DNA of 64,000 nucleotides from Candidatus Eiseniibacteriota bacterium. Lineage in GTDB: Bacteria > Eisenbacteria > RBG-16-71-46 > CAIMUX01 > VGJL01. The stretch is taken from positions 928,001 through 992,000 of the forward strand of contig CAWBWI010000006.1 in NCBI GenBank assembly GCA_963792585.1, written 5' to 3'. Below the pieces are notes generated by a model. The model was given only the letters and a program-made list of their open reading frames with translations, had not been told where the DNA came from and did not search any database. The position numbers and the translations under genes are program-made. Shown piece by piece: positions 60,837 through 64,000 of this stretch. The first letter of the stretch is position 1. Every line of letters starts with the position of its first letter.

Positions 60837-61850
60837 CTATCGCGTCGTTCCAAAGGTGAGGGCGATGCCGTGCGCCCCGTTTCCGCCCGCCCCGCTGAAA
60901 CCGCTGAACGTCACGTGATAGCGCAGATCGACGGCCACCTGGAAATCGTGCGTCCGAAGAAACAGCATTCCGACGCCCGCATCGGCGGTCAGGGTCGTCT
61001 GGGAGTCCTCTCGGGTCTCGCACCATTCGTAACCATAGTAGGGCTCCCGGTAACATCGATCGTTCCGCTCCACCCGGACGGAATGCACCCCCAGCCCGCC
61101 CCCGACATAGGTCGCGCGATCTTTGATCCCGTAGATCTTCGCGCCGTAGAGATCGAGGATCGTCCAGTCGATCGCCTTCCCCTCGTTGCGTGCCTCACTG
61201 CCTCCCCATGCGAGGCCCGTGAGGGTCGTGGACTCGATCAAGTAGTCGTGCGTCTCGTACTTGTAGGCGAAGCGGATGCTCGTCAGGCGTTCCGCGCCGC
61301 CGTAGCTGTCGCCCAGCGGCCAGAGGAAACCGGCCCGCATGCCAATGCCCCGGCGACTCGCCTGCGTGCGTGGCTTGCGCGTTTCCTCTCGGGTCACCGT
61401 GTCGATGCTCGGGCCCCCTACGGTCGGTTGTTCCGCCGCGATCGCCTCGGCGAAACGCCGCATGATGACGTCGAGATCCTCGACCGTCATCGAGTTGAGC
61501 TGATCGTTGAAGAACGGGGTGGTCTCGCCGACCTTCAGGGCGTGCACCCGGCAGATGATCTTCTCTCCCAGGCGGCTCAGGCTTCCGTATACGACGCGGT
61601 CGGCGCCCGCGGCCCGGGCCGCCTCCGACGCGGCCGCGGGGTCTTCCGTTCCCATGGGCAAGGCGACGGTTACGGAGGTGGGGACGATCAGGACGCCCCG
61701 AGCCTGCAGGTCTTCCCGAAGGACACCAGCCGCAACGGTCGCGGTCGCGTCGTCGAGCCCGATCGTCTGAAACGGCAGGACGAGGGTCGAGGCCCCCGCC
61801 CCGGTGGCGAGCAGCAGGGCCAACAGGGGTAGGATCGAGAGGCGGCGCAT
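60837..61850 (-). CDS. Exported hypothetical protein (TolB-N/CsgG-like N-domain plus putative beta-barrel)
   Basis: Signal peptide; LVLPF...AGADRVVYGSL; ends HGIALTFGTTR; GGAGGA RBS. Confidence 0.78.
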   Translation of the reverse strand: MRRLSILPLLALLLATGAGASTLVLPFQTIGLDDATATVAAGVLREDLQARGVLIVPTSVTVALPMGTEDPAAASEAARAAGADRVVYGSLSRLGEKIICRVHALKVGETTPFFNDQLNSMTVEDLDVIMRRFAEAIAAEQPTVGGPSIDTVTREETRKPRTQASRRGIGMRAGFLWPLGDSYGGAERLTSIRFAYKYETHDYLIESTTLTGLAWGGSEARNEGKAIDWTILDLYGAKIYGIKDRATYVGGGLGVHSVRVERNDRCYREPYYGYEWCETREDSQTTLTADAGVGMLFLRTHDFQVAVDLRYHVTFSGFSGAGGNGAHGIALTFGTTR

Positions 61851-61887
61851 CGAATCCTCCTTGGCGGCCGCATGGACCGGCCGCCGT

Positions 61888-62559
61888 CTAGAACGGCGAG
61901 ATTCCGTAGCGGTTCCAGTAGAAAACGGTCTTGGCGGTTTCCGTGAAGACCGCCATCATCTCCCGCTCCCGGGTCCACCAGCGGTTCGGCTTCTCCGCGC
62001 TGAGATCGGCCGGGAGGGTCTCGAGCGTCATATCGATCCCGGACCCGCGGAAGACCCGAAGAAACGTGGCGCGGGCCCGCCGGCTATGGAAGGGGGAGGT
62101 CACCACGATCGCGGTCCGGACGCGGTGTTCCTGCAACGCGCGAAGGGCGTCGTGCGCCTCGTCGTACGTGCTCTTCGCTCCGAGCGCGACCCACACGTCA
62201 TCGGCGGGAACGCCCTTGCGGATCGCGATCCGGCGTTTCACCTCGGCCATCGACAGCGAGTCCCCGCCCGTGTAGACGGGCAAGAGCGGCACGTCCGGTC
62301 CGGTGACGAGCAATGCTCCCGCCCGTCCCTGTCGCCAGATCCGCAGGGCCGCGCCGAGCCGTTCTCCTTCGCCGCCCGCGAGGACGACCACCGCATCCGC
62401 CTTGCGTGGAGGATCGGTCCTGATGAGCCATCGGGCGTATCCGGTCAGCATGGCGGGGCCGAGCACCATCGCAAGAACGGCGATCAGCGTCAGGACGAGC
62501 AGGACCCGGGCGGGACGAATGTCGAGCCGCCAGAGCGGGTCCCAGGGACGCGATCGCAC
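61888..62559 (-). CDS. YdcF/DUF218 family protein
   Basis: ADAVVVLAGG, STYDEA, VVTSPFHSRRA. Confidence 0.88.
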   Translation of the reverse strand: MRSRPWDPLWRLDIRPARVLLVLTLIAVLAMVLGPAMLTGYARWLIRTDPPRKADAVVVLAGGEGERLGAALRIWRQGRAGALLVTGPDVPLLPVYTGGDSLSMAEVKRRIAIRKGVPADDVWVALGAKSTYDEAHDALRALQEHRVRTAIVVTSPFHSRRARATFLRVFRGSGIDMTLETLPADLSAEKPNRWWTREREMMAVFTETAKTVFYWNRYGISPF

Positions 62560-62898
62560 TCACGCCTCCGCGATGTCGCGCAGTGTGGCGAGCGCGAAGA
62601 GATAGATTACGGCGAGCGCTGTTCCGAACCAGAAGTACCAGAGCGTGGCGAACGCGATCGCGGCCGCGGCCACGCGCATTCTCCGATGCCCGAGCACGAC
62701 GCTCACGGTCACGGCGATCCAGATCAGACCGAAGACGGCGAGGAAGACTCCCATCCTCGCCGGGTCGATTCCGGCGATCGCGACCACCCGCGCCCAGGGT
62801 TGCGGCTCCTCCGAGCCGCTCGGCCAGAGAAGCCCGCGCGCCTCCACGAGCATTCCCAGTCCTTGGAGCACGCCCGCGAAACGGAACGTCCACTTCAT
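62560..62898 (-). CDS. Small membrane hypothetical protein
   Basis: Three to four hydrophobic segments; tightly packed in the operon. Confidence 0.6.
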   Translation of the reverse strand: MKWTFRFAGVLQGLGMLVEARGLLWPSGSEEPQPWARVVAIAGIDPARMGVFLAVFGLIWIAVTVSVVLGHRRMRVAAAAIAFATLWYFWFGTALAVIYLFALATLRDIAEA

Positions 62899-62899
62899 C

Positions 62900-63463
62900 T
62901 CAAGCCTCGACCAGATTGTTCTCGGATCGTGCGTAGGCCAGGCCGCAGGAGCAACGCAGGCTCTCGGGAAGCCGGCGTCCGCACTTGCACGCCCACCCGA
63001 TCACACGGGCGGGATTCCCGGCAACCATCGCGTGGTCCGGAACGTCGCGCACGACCACGGCCCCGGCGGCGACGAAACACCAGCGGCCGAGGGTGATGCC
63101 GCAGACGATCGTGGCGTTCGCGCCGATTGTCGCGCCGAAGCGCACGATGGTCGGCTCCCAACCAGCGGGACCTGTGCGGTAGTCGGGGTGACTTCGCGGG
63201 ATTCTGTCGTTCGTGAAGACCATGGAGGGTCCCAGGAAGACATGATCCTCGATCGTCACCCGATCCCAGATCGCCACCCCGTTCTTGACCGTCACATGGT
63301 TTCCAACACGGGCCCCGCCCTCGACATAGCAACTCTCGCCGATGTTGCACCCCTTGCCGATCGAGGCGCCCTTCATCACGTGGGCGAAGGCCCAAATCCG
63401 GGACCCTTCCCCGACATCTTCGGAATCGTTGATTCCCTGCGGGTGCACGTAGACATCGGACAT
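62900..63463 (-). CDS. Hexapeptide-repeat sugar N-acetyltransferase (WbpD/WlbB-like)
   Basis: IWAFAHV, FLGPSMVFTND, IGANATI, VAGNPAR, C-terminal CxCG...CxCG. Confidence 0.88.
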   Translation of the reverse strand: MSDVYVHPQGINDSEDVGEGSRIWAFAHVMKGASIGKGCNIGESCYVEGGARVGNHVTVKNGVAIWDRVTIEDHVFLGPSMVFTNDRIPRSHPDYRTGPAGWEPTIVRFGATIGANATIVCGITLGRWCFVAAGAVVVRDVPDHAMVAGNPARVIGWACKCGRRLPESLRCSCGLAYARSENNLVEA

Positions 63464-63523
63464 CGTCGGAACCCCTCCCCTCCGCCTTGCGGCTCGACCG
63501 CATCGATCCTATCGTGAATCGCG

Positions 63524-64000
63524 ATGAGCGCGCCATCCTGGGACATCCTCGTCGTCGCCAACCCCGTCTGGGAGACTGCCTGGCGGGTCGACCGGATTCC
63601 TACCTCCACCTTCATCGAGGACCCGGACATGGAACGGACGGAGGACGGGGGCGGCAGCGCCCTGAACACCGCCTGCGCGCTGGCCACGGCGGGCCGGCGC
63701 GTGCTCGCCGTCGGAAGGGTCGGCGACGACCCTGAGGGTCGAGCCTGCATCGCCGCCCTCGAACGCCGCGGGGTGGCCGCGAGGATCGAGACGGTTTCGG
63801 GACGGACCACGAAGCGGAACCACCTCTACGTGGAGCGCGGCGGCGCGAAGACCGCATTCCAGGCGTTTCTCCCGCCCCTCTGCGTTCCGGCCTGGGAAGA
63901 GGACCCCGACGCGCTCCTCGATGCATCGATCCTCTGGCTCGACCGATTGGCGGCGCGCGCCCCCGTGTGGCTGCGCGCGCGACGCGAAGTCCCCGGCCTC
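63524..64000 (+). CDS. PfkB-family carbohydrate kinase, runs off the window end
   Basis: Read by hand: MSAPSWDILVV...GGGSALNTACALATAG...VGRVGDDPEG. Confidence 0.8.
   Translation, partial: MSAPSWDILVVANPVWETAWRVDRIPTSTFIEDPDMERTEDGGGSALNTACALATAGRRVLAVGRVGDDPEGRACIAALERRGVAARIETVSGRTTKRNHLYVERGGAKTAFQAFLPPLCVPAWEEDPDALLDASILWLDRLAARAPVWLRARREVPGL

Overview
A GC-rich 64-kb bacterial window. Its many secreted proteins with FlgD-Ig/T9SS-A-like tails and a 'TWGxIK' tail suggest Candidatus Eisenbacteria or a related FCB-type lineage (inference only). Local indel clusters suggest an error-prone assembly. The main find is three tandem paralogous genes on the minus strand (38188-44839) that the ORF track splits. 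Each has an in-frame TGA at codon 41 in an Omp28/thioredoxin-like UxxC motif (W-U-T-Y-C, T-U-P-Y-C, W-U-T-Y-C). Each TGA is followed by a covarying 7-8 bp hairpin whose GGUGC loop begins after a 19-nt spacer, as expected for a bacterial SECIS. These look like secreted selenoproteins with a C-terminal sorting domain, and two have CRP-type boxes upstream. Also present: an ECF sigma factor/Ser-Thr kinase pair; a triple-hemerythrin/Crp-Fnr/YwiC module with an FNR-like box; LVIVD, RCC1, FG-GAP, S8, C1 and M54 secreted proteins; a TonB-dependent receptor; a BT1-like MFS beside PhhB; PPi-type PFK; a PLP decarboxylase; an orphan adenine MTase; two GT-C-type glycosyltransferases; a TetR-TolC-MFP-RND operon whose last two genes are heavily frameshifted; dinB; and IS91-type and integrase remnants. 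No rRNA, tRNA or CRISPR array was seen.
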